NCBI GenBank assembly: GCA_964538515.1
Contig: CAZIEW010000004.1
Coordinates: forward strand, 10,583-74,582
From: an uncultured Syntrophobacteraceae bacterium
GTDB taxonomy: Bacteria > Desulfobacterota > Syntrophobacteria > Syntrophobacterales > Syntrophobacteraceae
DNA: 64,000 nucleotides
Reading direction: 5' to 3'
A model generated the notes under the pieces. The model was given only the letters and a program-made list of their open reading frames with translations. It made no database searches and was not told where the DNA came from. Shown one piece after another: positions 1-9,182 of the stretch (the first letter of the stretch is position 1; each line of letters starts with the position of its first letter). Made by a program: the position numbers and the translations under genes.

Positions 1-811
1 GCTCCTGAATATGCTTCCTGAGCGCCTCCAGGGCATCCAGGGTTACCAGAACGCCGTCGTCGGATTTCTTGGGCGTAACGAATGCGATCAGGTAGCGCTT
101 GTGACTCTCCCAAAAGTACCCTTCCAGGTCCACGTCCCAGGAAACACCCGTGAGCAAGCTCGTCCAGGGGGATTTGAATTCGGGTGCTCCCTTGAGATAG
201 CTCGACATTCCGTCCAGCGTATCGATCAAAAAGCCCAGGTCGAAGGGCTCTTCACTGCCCCTCTTCGATTCGTCTTCATCCAGAAAGCTCGTGAACAGCT
301 CATCGACCATCCGGGTGGACATCTGCCGATTCAATATCTTCAGAAAGCTCAGCAGCTCCGGCTCTTCAGCAAGCTTCTCAATCAGCGTGGAATGGGATTC
401 GATTTTGTCTTTGAGAGCAACGAGACCCTGCTTGTCGAGATAGAGCAGCTGCCAGGCCTTGAAGGGCTCCGGATCGACCCGGTAGAAGATGTTCTGAAAA
501 TGCTGTTGGTCCTTCTCGACACGCGACGCGAGGTCGCTTACGAAGGCGATCGCGCGGTGCGGCGTCGTGGCCTCGACGACGACGTGGAGGCTCCTCTTGT
601 GCTTTGCGTTGAACACATCGAGACGGTCGCTCCAGGCGATGAACGGATGGTTATCCGAAATGAGCTCGAGCTGATCTGTGATCATTTCAAGCTTGGACGC
701 TGTGAAGACCACCGAAGCAAGGGCAATCGCAAACGCAATGCCGAGAACCAGGCGAGGGAAACGAAGCACCCAACTGATCCAGATTTGTAACAAACGCGAT
801 AGAAAGCTCAT
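1..811 (-). CDS. MMPL/RND-superfamily exporter (HpnN-like), N-terminal part; the 3' end lies beyond the left window edge
   Basis: My translation of the reverse strand from ATG 811-809 is open to position 1: MSFLSRLLQIWISWVLRFPRLVLGIAFAIALASVVFTASKLEMITDQLELISDNHPF... It has an N-terminal TM helix followed by a large soluble loop, as in MMPL/HpnN proteins. It is absent from the ORF track because it has no stop in the window. The listed + ORF 11..790 is its antisense shadow. Confidence 0.55.
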   Translation of the reverse strand, partial: MSFLSRLLQIWISWVLRFPRLVLGIAFAIALASVVFTASKLEMITDQLELISDNHPFIAWSDRLDVFNAKHKRSLHVVVEATTPHRAIAFVSDLASRVEKDQQHFQNIFYRVDPEPFKAWQLLYLDKQGLVALKDKIESHSTLIEKLAEEPELLSFLKILNRQMSTRMVDELFTSFLDEDESKRGSEEPFDLGFLIDTLDGMSSYLKGAPEFKSPWTSLLTGVSWDVDLEGYFWESHKRYLIAFVTPKKSDDGVLVTLDALEALRKHIQE

Positions 812-875
812 TGTTGAATCGAAGCTCCTCGGTCGAGCAATGATGCCAGTACTCTGTCGGCTTTGTTCTGCAGGG

Positions 876-958
876 TACACCCGCCTTTGATTCCCTCCTC
901 GAGGGGGTTGCGGGGTGTTGTCTTGGCCGGCGCAACTGCTTTCACGGATCACTAGGGT
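876..958 (-). repeat. Copy A of a conserved ~75-80 nt potentially structured element, in the 5' leader of the MMPL gene
   Basis: 884..958 aligns with 19205..19280 at roughly 80% identity by hand alignment. On the - strand it reads as stem ACACCCCGC/GCGGGTGT enclosing hairpin CCCUC-GAG-GAGGG, plus a conserved AAUCAAAG linker. It ends about 70 nt upstream of ATG 811. Confidence 0.5.
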
Positions 959-1337
959 CGTTATAACAAGCTCAGCGCTGTTGCGGCATGCCGTGTCTTG
1001 CAATTCGACAGCCAGATTGGTCTGGTCGAGGCAGCACGCTCTCGCAATACGCAGGGATCAAGATCGCACGGAATCGGTTTTGCTTTCGCAAGGGCTCTTT
1101 CAGGGCACTCCCCTCTTTCCCCCTTGAACCGGCGGAGACGCCTCGCCAGGTAAATGACGGGGCACGCCGGCGCGCAAGATACCACTGTGATCGAACCGAA
1201 TCCAGAAACATCACCAAGGAGCATAATCTCTCGCCGGATGGAGGCAAACCAGGCACGGAACAACATGACTTGACACCGATTCCAATCAGGCTGTACTTTT
1301 TCCGTCAAATTCATAACAGAGAACCGACGGAAACCCG

Positions 1338-3434
1338 ATGGAGAAGTCCATGCTTCTTGCCGTGCTGGCAGGATTCGCGGTTGGGCCCCTGGCTCCGGTC
1401 ATCGTCAGGGTCGGGCGCGCCCGGGCCGGTTGGCTCATCGCCCTTGTCCCCCTGATCCTGTTCGTCCACTTTACCCATTTCCTCCCTGCGATCGCGAGGG
1501 GCCAAGCCATCCTCTCCAAATACGGATGGCTCTCGGACCTCGGCGTGGATCTCTCGTTCTGCCTGGATGGACTGAGTCTCCTTTTTGCGCTGCTCATCAC
1601 AGGGGTCGGAGCCATCGTCTGCATTTACTCGGGAGGGTATCTGGGCGGACACCGGGACCTCGGGAAATTCTACGGCTGCCTCCTCGCCTTCATGGCCTCG
1701 ATGCTCGGCCTGGTCCTTTCGGACAATGTGATCGGAATCTTCGTATTCTGGGAGCTCACCAGCGTCACGTCCTATCTTCTCATCGGGTTCGATCACCACC
1801 GTGAGGCCGCACGTCGGGCAGCATTGCAGGCTCTTCTGGTGACCGGCCTCGGAGGACTCGCTCTCCTCGCTGCGTTCCTCCTGATGCATCGGGTAACCGG
1901 GACCTTTGAAATCTCCTCCATGCTGGAAAAGGCACCTCTCTTGGTCGAATCTCCTCTCTACGCGGCGATCCTCCTGGGTACGCTCATCGGAGCCGGAGCC
2001 AAGTCCGCGCAGTTTCCTTTCCACTTCTGGCTGCCGAACGCCATGGAAGCCCCGACTCCGGTGAGCACCTATCTCCACGCGGCGACGATGGTCAAGGCCG
2101 GCGTTTATCTGCTGTCGCGATTGACGCCCCTCTTGGGGGGAACAGAGCTTTGGAGAGACCTGCTGATACCCTTTGGAGTGGGGACGATGCTAACCGGAGC
2201 GTCTTTGTCTTTCTTTCATACGGATCTTAAGCGCATCCTCGCCTACACGACCATCGGAGCCTTGGGAGTGTGCGTTTTTCTTCTCGGCATCGGGACGCCG
2301 ATCTCCCTCTGTGCCGCACTGACCTTTTTATCGGCCCACGCCCTGTATAAAGGAGGCCTGTTCCTCACCGCCGGAATCATTGAGCACGAAACGGGGACTC
2401 GTCGCGTCGACGATTTGGGAAGACTCGCCGGATCGATGCCGGTCACCTGCACAACGGCTCTCCTGGTCGCCTTGTCCAGTGCCGGTGCGCCGCTCTTTCT
2501 CGGTTTTTGGGGCAAGGAGCTCCTGTACGAGGCAACGCTTGAATCCCCCTTTCCCGGACTACTCACTGCAGCGGCAGTCTTTGTGAGCATTCTCTTCGTG
2601 GCGATGGGCGGCGTTGTCGGCATACGGCCCTTCTTCAGAAGCTCGGCCACGCTCCCTCAATCACCTCACGACCCGTCCTTTGACCTTTGGATCGGCCCGT
2701 TGATCCTGGGAGCCCTCGGCCTCCTCCTTGGACTGTTCCCGTCTTGGCTCAACAGCGCGCTCCTTGCCCCAGCCGCCTCGGCCGCCATGGGGAAAGCCGT
2801 TGCCGTGCAGCCGTTCCAGTGGCACGGTATTGATTTGAAGCTTTCCTTGAGCCTGATCGGGTTTCTTGCGGGGATTGTCGCGTTCTGGAAATGGGATACG
2901 CTCAGAGGGGCTCTCTGCGGGCTGAAGCCGCTCGGAGAATACGGTCCCGCCGCACTGTACGAGGTCCTTGTCAAGGCGATGGAGGCGTGGGCTCGTGCTC
3001 AAACGCGGTTTCTTCAGAGCGGACGTCTGCACGTGTATCTCTTGACGGTCATCATCTCGGCTACGGGATTGCTCGTCTGGGCGTTGATGAAGGACGGGCT
3101 CAGTCTCGCGGATCTCCGGTTTCAGCGTTGGACCAACACTCGCGCATACGAGGCGATCATTGTCCTCATGCTCCTCGTGGCGACCTTCATGGTGGCAACG
3201 GCGTCTTCGCGCCTGGTGGCCATCGTGTCCCTGGGTGTCGTCGGCTACGGTGTTGCCCTGATTTTTCTCTTCTTCAGTGCCCCCGATCTTGCCATGACTC
3301 AGTTTGCCATCGAGACACTCTCGGTGGTCCTGCTCGTGCTTGTCTTGTCAAGCTCCCCCGATATCGAGCCTTTTCCAGCGGGAGGAGCCGGTTGCGGGAT
3401 GCCACGTCGGCCTTGGCTGCGGGGTCGATCATGA
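1338..3434 (+). CDS. mrpA: Na+/H+ antiporter subunit MrpA/MnhA (NuoL-like), main body, ending in an aberrant tail after a frame break
   Basis: 698-aa polytopic ORF with an NuoL-type core (FHFWLPNAMEAPTPVSTYLHAATMVKAGVYLL). It is the first gene of a 7-gene mrp cluster. The last ~28 aa (SSSPDIEPFPAGGAGCGMPRRPWLRGRS) look non-homologous. Confidence 0.85.
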   Translation: MEKSMLLAVLAGFAVGPLAPVIVRVGRARAGWLIALVPLILFVHFTHFLPAIARGQAILSKYGWLSDLGVDLSFCLDGLSLLFALLITGVGAIVCIYSGGYLGGHRDLGKFYGCLLAFMASMLGLVLSDNVIGIFVFWELTSVTSYLLIGFDHHREAARRAALQALLVTGLGGLALLAAFLLMHRVTGTFEISSMLEKAPLLVESPLYAAILLGTLIGAGAKSAQFPFHFWLPNAMEAPTPVSTYLHAATMVKAGVYLLSRLTPLLGGTELWRDLLIPFGVGTMLTGASLSFFHTDLKRILAYTTIGALGVCVFLLGIGTPISLCAALTFLSAHALYKGGLFLTAGIIEHETGTRRVDDLGRLAGSMPVTCTTALLVALSSAGAPLFLGFWGKELLYEATLESPFPGLLTAAAVFVSILFVAMGGVVGIRPFFRSSATLPQSPHDPSFDLWIGPLILGALGLLLGLFPSWLNSALLAPAASAAMGKAVAVQPFQWHGIDLKLSLSLIGFLAGIVAFWKWDTLRGALCGLKPLGEYGPAALYEVLVKAMEAWARAQTRFLQSGRLHVYLLTVIISATGLLVWALMKDGLSLADLRFQRWTNTRAYEAIIVLMLLVATFMVATASSRLVAIVSLGVVGYGVALIFLFFSAPDLAMTQFAIETLSVVLLVLVLSSSPDIEPFPAGGAGCGMPRRPWLRGRS

Positions 3435-3670
3435 CACTGCTGGTTCTGGTCGTGACCGGCATCGATCGGTTTTCCCGGCTTGCGCCGTTTTTTGCCGACT
3501 ACAGTCTTCTGTATGCCAAAGGACGCAACGTGGTGAACGTGATTCTGGTTGACTTCAGAGGCCTTGACACACTCGGGGAGATCACCGTGCTCTCAGCGGC
3601 CGCCCTTGGCGTCTTCTCCCTGGTGCGGCTCGGCTCCCGTGACAAAGACAGTGCCCAAGGAAAGGGTTGA
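3431..3670 (+). CDS. mrpA: MrpA C-terminal (MnhB-like) module, in the -1 frame relative to 1338..3434
   Basis: Carries the hallmark GRNVVNVILVDFRGLDTLGEITVL motif of the MrpA C-terminus. ATG 3431 overlaps the upstream TGA (ATGA). The same frame stays open and MrpA-like back to ~3338 (KLPRYRAFSSGRSRLRDATSALAAGS), which argues for one interrupted gene. Confidence 0.6.
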   Translation: MTLLVLVVTGIDRFSRLAPFFADYSLLYAKGRNVVNVILVDFRGLDTLGEITVLSAAALGVFSLVRLGSRDKDSAQGKG

Positions 3671-3723
3671 TTTCCCTCACCGGAGAGCCATCCGGAAGAT
3701 AGGCGGCCAACAGGAGCGACACC

Positions 3724-4131
3724 ATGCTCTCTCTCATCCTCAGCACTGCCACCCGATACCTTTTGCCCATGCTGCTTCTGCTGTCCGTTCATCTGCTTCT
3801 GAGGGGACACAACGAGCCCGGAGGAGGATTCGTTGGCGGGCTGGTAGCCACATCGGCCTACGCGCTTGCAATGATCGCGTTTGGGGTGGACAGGGCGCGG
3901 CGGGCGCTGCATGTCGATCCACGATGGCTCATTGGGATCGGGCTTCTCACGGCGATCGGCAGTGCCATGGCTTCCATGATTCCAGGGCGCCCGTTCATGA
4001 CGGGGCTCTGGCTGAAGTCTGATATTCCCGTCATTGGAAAAGTGGGCACACCGTTTTTTTTCGATGTGGGGGTGTATCTCGTGGTCGTCGGAATGGCGCT
4101 CATGATCTTGTTTTCCGTGGCGGAGGATTGA
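3724..4131 (+). CDS. mrpB: Na+/H+ antiporter subunit MrpB/MnhB
   Basis: 135 aa, 4 TM, with the [14 protein letters not shown] motif; position in the operon fits. Confidence 0.85.
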   Translation: MLSLILSTATRYLLPMLLLLSVHLLLRGHNEPGGGFVGGLVATSAYALAMIAFGVDRARRALHVDPRWLIGIGLLTAIGSAMASMIPGRPFMTGLWLKSDIPVIGKVGTPFFFDVGVYLVVVGMALMILFSVAED

Positions 4132-4487
4132 GCATGGAGGTCGGGCTTGCAGTCGCGGTGGGAGGGCTTTACGCGGCAGGACTCTACTTGATGCTACGAC
4201 GCAGCATCGTAAAGCTGATTCTCGGGCTGTCGCTCTTGGGACATGCAGCGAATCTTCTGATATTCACGATGGGGCGCCTGGTTCGGGAGCGTCCTCCCGT
4301 GATGCATAAATGGGATCTGCGCTTGCTGGGTGGCGTCGCGGACCCCATCCCCGAAGCCCTCATCCTCACGGCCATTGTCATCGGCTTTGGTATTCAGGCG
4401 TTTGCCATCGTGCTTATCCGTCGCACTTACGAGACGACGGGTGCCGAAGATTTGAGTGTCCTCCAGTCGACCGACGTGACGGGTTGA
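4128..4487 (+). CDS. mrpC: Na+/H+ antiporter subunit MrpC/MnhC (NuoK-like)
   Basis: 119 aa, 3 TM ([29 protein letters not shown]). TTG 4128 overlaps the mrpB stop; an alternative ATG lies at 4134. Confidence 0.85.
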   Translation: MSMEVGLAVAVGGLYAAGLYLMLRRSIVKLILGLSLLGHAANLLIFTMGRLVRERPPVMHKWDLRLLGGVADPIPEALILTAIVIGFGIQAFAIVLIRRTYETTGAEDLSVLQSTDVTG

Positions 4488-4493
4488 GCGCCG

Positions 4494-6002
4494 ATGAGCC
4501 ATGCGCTGCCTTTTCCCATTGTCATCCCTTTATTCACAGCAGTGATGGCAATCCTGTTCTGGAGCCGTCCGGTCGTGCAGCGAGCCATTGGCCTGACGGG
4601 TGCCTTGGCACTCTTGTGTACGTCGTGTGCGATTTTCATCTCCGTTTATGACCATGGGATTTTGTCGATCCAAATCGGGGATTGGCCTGCTCCTTATGGA
4701 ATCACGCTGGTGGCCGACTTGCTGAGCTCTGTCCTGTTGGTCGTCACGGGGCTCGTGGTAGGCGTTGTCTCGGTGGTCTCTCTCACGGAAATCGACGAAG
4801 GCAGGGAGGCGTTCGGTTATCACCCCCTCCTGCACATCCTTACCATGGGCGTTTGTGGCTCGTTTCTTACGGGAGATATCTTCAATCTCTATGTTTGGTT
4901 CGAGGTGATGCTCATTGCCTCCTTCGTTCTCATGGGATTGGGAAACGAAAAAGCTCAGCTCGAGGGTACGATCAAATACGTCACGCTCAACCTCATCGCC
5001 TCTGCCCTCTTCCTGGCCGCGGTCGGCGTGCTTTACGGGACGTTCGGCACCCTGAACATGGCGGACCTCGCGCTACAGCTGAGATCGAACAGGCAGTCGC
5101 CGATGGTAACCACGCTTGCGACCCTTTTCCTGCTGGCCTTCGGGATCAAGGCAGCGATCTTTCCCCTCTTTTTCTGGCTTCCCGCTTCCTACCACACTCC
5201 CCCCGTCCCGGTTTCGGCCGTCTTCGCGGGGCTGCTGACCAAGGTCGGCATCTATGCTCTGATCCGCTTTTTCACCCTGCTGTTCATCCGGGAGGGCGAT
5301 GGTCTCCACGGACTCATTCTTCTTCTGTCGGTTGTGACGATGATGGTCGGGATTCTCGGCGCGCTCCCTCAGAGAGACTTCCGAAGAATCGCGTCGTTCA
5401 ACCTCATCGCCCACATCGGGACCATCCTGGCGGGGTTGGGCCTTTTCACACCTCTGGCGCTCGTTGGAACAGTGTTTTACCTCGTCCACGACATGCTCGC
5501 GAAGACGGCGCTCTTCCTCTTCGCCGGCATCCTCCAACGAATGGACGGCCATGCGGACATCGCGCGGCTTGGGGGATGGCACCGCAACCGGCCGGGGCTG
5601 TCCTGGCTCTTCTTCTTGTTGGCCTTGGCAGTCTCGGGCATCCCGCCCTTTTCCGGGTTTTGGGGAAAGCTCATTTTGATTCAGGCGGGACTTTCGAAGG
5701 AGCAATACTGGGTCGCTGCAGCAATTCTGTTCACGGGACTTCTCACCCTTTATTCTATGATGAAGATCTGGGCCGAAGTGTTTTGGAAAGACGAGCCGAA
5801 CGATCCGCGCCACCCGGCTCCGCCGCACCAGATGCCCATAGGCCTTCCTCGGGGGCTTTTACTGCCCGTCGCCGGGCTCGTCTTCATGACGGTCGGCATC
5901 GGGATTTGGCCGCTTCCCTTGTACCGTGCAGCGGAGCGGACTGCCCACCAGCTCTGCAACCCCGATCAATACATAAGGGCGATCCTTGGAGGTGAGCCAT
6001 GA
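4494..6002 (+). CDS. mrpD: Na+/H+ antiporter subunit MrpD/MnhD (NuoM/N-like)
   Basis: 502 aa polytopic protein with FFWLPASYHTPPVPVSAVFAGLLTKVGIYALIRF, typical of complex-I antiporter-like subunits. Confidence 0.9.
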   Translation: MSHALPFPIVIPLFTAVMAILFWSRPVVQRAIGLTGALALLCTSCAIFISVYDHGILSIQIGDWPAPYGITLVADLLSSVLLVVTGLVVGVVSVVSLTEIDEGREAFGYHPLLHILTMGVCGSFLTGDIFNLYVWFEVMLIASFVLMGLGNEKAQLEGTIKYVTLNLIASALFLAAVGVLYGTFGTLNMADLALQLRSNRQSPMVTTLATLFLLAFGIKAAIFPLFFWLPASYHTPPVPVSAVFAGLLTKVGIYALIRFFTLLFIREGDGLHGLILLLSVVTMMVGILGALPQRDFRRIASFNLIAHIGTILAGLGLFTPLALVGTVFYLVHDMLAKTALFLFAGILQRMDGHADIARLGGWHRNRPGLSWLFFLLALAVSGIPPFSGFWGKLILIQAGLSKEQYWVAAAILFTGLLTLYSMMKIWAEVFWKDEPNDPRHPAPPHQMPIGLPRGLLLPVAGLVFMTVGIGIWPLPLYRAAERTAHQLCNPDQYIRAILGGEP

Positions 6003-6475
6003 GCCGGCTTTTGCTCAACATCATGCTTGCACTGATTTGGATGCTGATCACCGGGCAATTTGGGCCGCTCACCTTTCTGGGAGGGTTCATCATCGGCTAC
6101 TTGATCCTTTGGCTGCTCCGAGGAGCGATGGGAGATGAGTCCAGCTACTACCTCAAAGTCCGGCAGACGCTCGAGTTTCTGCTGTTCTTCATGAAGGAGC
6201 TGTTCCTAGCCAATCTGCGCGTGGCCTACGATGTGCTCACCGCCAGGCATCACATGCATCCCGGGGTCGTTGCCATTCCTCTCGACGTGGAATCGGACCT
6301 GGAAATCACTCTGCTCGCCAACCTCATCACCCTGACCCCTGGGACCCTCAGTCTGGACGTCTCGCACGACCGCAAAGTCCTTTACGTGCACGGCATGTAC
6401 ATTGACAATGTGCAGTCGTTCCGACAGAGCATCAAGGACGGCTTCGAGCGTCGCCTGATGGAGCTCCTCCGATGA
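5999..6475 (+). CDS. mrpE: Na+/H+ antiporter subunit MrpE/MnhE
   Basis: 158 aa with 2 N-terminal TM helices. ATGA overlap with mrpD. Size and operon position fit MnhE. Confidence 0.8.
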   Translation: MSRLLLNIMLALIWMLITGQFGPLTFLGGFIIGYLILWLLRGAMGDESSYYLKVRQTLEFLLFFMKELFLANLRVAYDVLTARHHMHPGVVAIPLDVESDLEITLLANLITLTPGTLSLDVSHDRKVLYVHGMYIDNVQSFRQSIKDGFERRLMELLR

Positions 6476-6762
6476 AGACTTTGTGTGCGCTCTCACTCTC
6501 CGCCGGGGAATTCGCTCTTGCCGTCACGGTCTTCGTGGCGTTTGCGAGGCTGATCAGAGGCCCCAGTTTACCCGACCGAGTGGTCGCACTGGACGTCATG
6601 GGCACGGTGGCCATCGGAGTGATCGCCTTGTACGCGTTGGAATCGGGGGAGGTGGTCTTCCTTGATGTCGCACTGATCGTAGCCCTTGTGGCGTTTCTCG
6701 GAACCGTGGCCTTCGCATTCTATGTGGAGCGCCGCCAAATCAAGTCGAGGAGCTCGGACTGA
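6472..6762 (+). CDS. mrpF: Na+/H+ antiporter subunit MrpF/MnhF
   Basis: 96 aa, 3 TM (RLIRGPSLPDRVVALDV motif). ATGA overlap with mrpE. Confidence 0.8.
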   Translation: MKTLCALSLSAGEFALAVTVFVAFARLIRGPSLPDRVVALDVMGTVAIGVIALYALESGEVVFLDVALIVALVAFLGTVAFAFYVERRQIKSRSSD

Positions 6763-7226
6763 TGCAGGACCTGCTGTGCGCATTGTGCGTGGTCATTGGA
6801 GCGTCGTTCATTGCCATCGCGGGAATCGGGATTCTGCGCATGCCTGATTTATTCATGAGAATGTCGTGTACCACCAAAGTGACGACGCTGGGAACGGGCT
6901 TCATCATGTTGGCCGTAGCCGTTAAGTTCCCGCAGATTGAAGTCATGTCCCGCACCCTGGCTATCACGGTGTTCACGTTTCTGACGGCTCCCGTTGCGGC
7001 CCACGTGATCGCGCGGGCCGCCTACGTTTCCGGGGTCCGGCTGTGGGAGGGAACGACAGTGGATCAGCTCTGTAACCGCTACGACCGCTGCACCTGCACC
7101 CTTGAAAGCTGCCCCATCACGGATGAGCCTCAAGCGGAAGGCCCGACTGCAGCGGAAGGCCCAAAGGACGAGGCACCGATCGCCCAACCCGTCGAGGCAG
7201 CGGACCCAAAGGAGGTGATCGAGTGA
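6762..7226 (+). CDS. mrpG: Na+/H+ antiporter subunit MrpG/MnhG with a C-terminal extension
   Basis: 154 aa with a 3-TM MnhG-like core (GILRMPDLFMRMSCTTKVTTLG), then a ~45-aa Cys- and Pro/Glu/Ala-rich tail. TGATG overlap with mrpF. Confidence 0.8.
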   Translation: MQDLLCALCVVIGASFIAIAGIGILRMPDLFMRMSCTTKVTTLGTGFIMLAVAVKFPQIEVMSRTLAITVFTFLTAPVAAHVIARAAYVSGVRLWEGTTVDQLCNRYDRCTCTLESCPITDEPQAEGPTAAEGPKDEAPIAQPVEAADPKEVIE

Positions 7227-8428
7227 TTGTGCTGGACGACGTCGAACGAGCAGCTTCGAGACTCGCGGGCAGGATTTTGCACACGCCGCTCATTTTTTCG
7301 CCGAGCTTCAGCAAGATGAGCGGTGCCGAGGTGTACCTGAAGCTCGAAAATCTCCAAGAAACCGGCTCGTTCAAACTGCGCGGGGCGACGAACAAGATCC
7401 AGGCCTTGCTCCCGCACCTTCATGGGGCCGGCGTCGTCGCCGCATCGGCGGGAAACCACGCTCAGGGGGTGGCCTTGGCCGCCAGGCGCGCGGGTCTCCC
7501 GGCGACCATCGTCATGCCGGAATGGGCTTCCATCACCAAGCAGCAGGCCACAGCCGGTTATGGGGGACGTGTCGTGCTCGAAGGATTGAGCATCGGAGAC
7601 TGCATTCAGAAGGCACAAAGGTTGGCTGCTGAGGGCATGCACTTCATCCACCCCTACGACGACCCGGAGATCATCGCCGGACAAGGAACCATCGGCCTCG
7701 AGATCTTTGAGGATCTGCCGGATGCCGAAATGGTCGTGGTGCCCATCGGTGGCGGAGGACTCATCGCCGGCGTGGCTTTGGCTATCAAGGCGTTGCGGCC
7801 GCAGACCGAAATCGTCGGCGTCCAGGCGGCTGGTTGCCCGTCCGCCATCCGTGCGCTCGAGCTCGGACACACCGTGCGAGTAGAAGGCGACCGCTCCCTG
7901 GCGGACGGGATTACCGTGAAGCAGCTCGGGGAAGCACCCTTCGCCATCATTCGTCAGCTCGTGGATCATATCGCTCTGGTGGAAGAGGATGAAATTGCGA
8001 CGGCGATTCTGATGCTGCTCGAGCGCAAGCGCATCTTGGCCGAGGGGGCTGGGGCGGTTGCCATGGCGGCCCTCATGCACCGACTCCGTGACCATGCGGC
8101 GGGCAAGAAAGTGGTCCTGCTCGTGAGCGGAGGGAACGTCGACAGCCCGTTGCTGGATCGCGTCATCTGTCAAGGACTCTTCCGGACGGGCCGCTATATG
8201 AGATTCGGCGTCACCCTGCCCGATAGTCCTGGGAGCCTCCACCGGATGCTCGGGACCATTGCGGCATTGAAGGCGAACGTCCTGCACATTCACCACGACC
8301 GCAGCGGTGGGCACTTGCCGATTCACCTCACGCGCGTGATGCTGGAGGTGGAAACGCGTGGTCACGATCATATCCAAGAGGTGCTGGATGCCCTCAACAA
8401 AGCGGGCTATGAGGCTCAGCCGCAGTGA
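7223..8428 (+). CDS. ilvA: Threonine ammonia-lyase (short form, with a C-terminal ACT-like domain)
   Basis: 401 aa with fold-type II PLP motifs (LENLQETGSFKLRGATNK, SAGNHAQGVA, PIGGGGLIAG) and a C-terminal regulatory domain. The GTG start overlaps the mrpG stop (GTGA). Confidence 0.8.
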   Translation: MIVLDDVERAASRLAGRILHTPLIFSPSFSKMSGAEVYLKLENLQETGSFKLRGATNKIQALLPHLHGAGVVAASAGNHAQGVALAARRAGLPATIVMPEWASITKQQATAGYGGRVVLEGLSIGDCIQKAQRLAAEGMHFIHPYDDPEIIAGQGTIGLEIFEDLPDAEMVVVPIGGGGLIAGVALAIKALRPQTEIVGVQAAGCPSAIRALELGHTVRVEGDRSLADGITVKQLGEAPFAIIRQLVDHIALVEEDEIATAILMLLERKRILAEGAGAVAMAALMHRLRDHAAGKKVVLLVSGGNVDSPLLDRVICQGLFRTGRYMRFGVTLPDSPGSLHRMLGTIAALKANVLHIHHDRSGGHLPIHLTRVMLEVETRGHDHIQEVLDALNKAGYEAQPQ

Positions 8429-8486
8429 CGGCTCGGCCCGCGGATGACCGAACAGTTCCTTCGCCTGGCCGAGCTGTCCCCCTGAT

Positions 8487-9137
8487 TTGGAGAAAAGTCA
8501 GATGCGCATTGAGCTGCCTTCAGGATTGGTGATTCAGTGCTCACCCGTTTTCCCTTGGGAAAGGCGGGCCTGTGATCTCAAGATCGACTGCTCGAGCGTG
8601 TTTCATCCTCGCCATGTTACGTCGAGGCTGTGCCTCGAGCTCCTGGACGCCGCTCTTCCGACTTCGGCTTGTCGCCTTTTTCTGGATGTGGGATGCGGAT
8701 CGGGAATTCTGGCTCTGGCCGCACTGCGACTCGGCGCCTCGACGGCGGTCGGTGTCGATATCGACCCGAGAGCCATCCGCGTTTCGCGGAGCAATGCGAT
8801 GAGAAACAAGCTGAGCGAGCGCGCTCACTGGATCGCTGGGCCTTCGTCAGCGATTCGAGGCCGGTTCGACTGCGTGGCGGCGAACCTGCCGTATACCATC
8901 CTTCAGCGACTGCTCCCAGAATTGGCGTCCGGGGTGCAGGCGAGCGGCAGCATGGTGGTCTCGGGATTTCAAGACGTTCAAGCGCATTCGATCCGGATTC
9001 TGCTTATCGAGAATGGCTTTGTGATTGACCGAACGACTCGGGGCGATTTCTCATTTCCCGAACTTCCACCGGCATTTAGCCACACTTGGGTCGCGATGAT
9101 GGGTCGCAAGATCCTCAATATCCCAACACGATCGTGA
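8487..9137 (+). CDS. Class I SAM-dependent methyltransferase, PrmA (L11 methyltransferase)-like
   Basis: SAM-binding motif LDVGCGSGILALAALRLGASTAVGVDIDP and the downstream NLPY motif. The start is TTG 8487 or ATG 8502. Confidence 0.65.
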   Translation: MEKSQMRIELPSGLVIQCSPVFPWERRACDLKIDCSSVFHPRHVTSRLCLELLDAALPTSACRLFLDVGCGSGILALAALRLGASTAVGVDIDPRAIRVSRSNAMRNKLSERAHWIAGPSSAIRGRFDCVAANLPYTILQRLLPELASGVQASGSMVVSGFQDVQAHSIRILLIENGFVIDRTTRGDFSFPELPPAFSHTWVAMMGRKILNIPTRS

Positions 9138-9182
9138 GATCATCGCGAAAATCGCTTCTATCGCCCCGCCTGGTGTGCTACA

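Noticed and set aside
11-790. 259-aa + strand ORF at the left edge
   Set aside because: Arg/Leu/Gly-rich composition with no motifs. It lies exactly antisense to an uninterrupted, protein-like MMPL N-terminus on the - strand (1..811), so it is a shadow ORF.
7130-8377. 415-aa - strand ORF covering ilvA
   Set aside because: Antisense to a motif-rich threonine dehydratase. It has the typical high-GC shadow ORF composition (Arg/Ala/Gly/His-rich) and no RBS.
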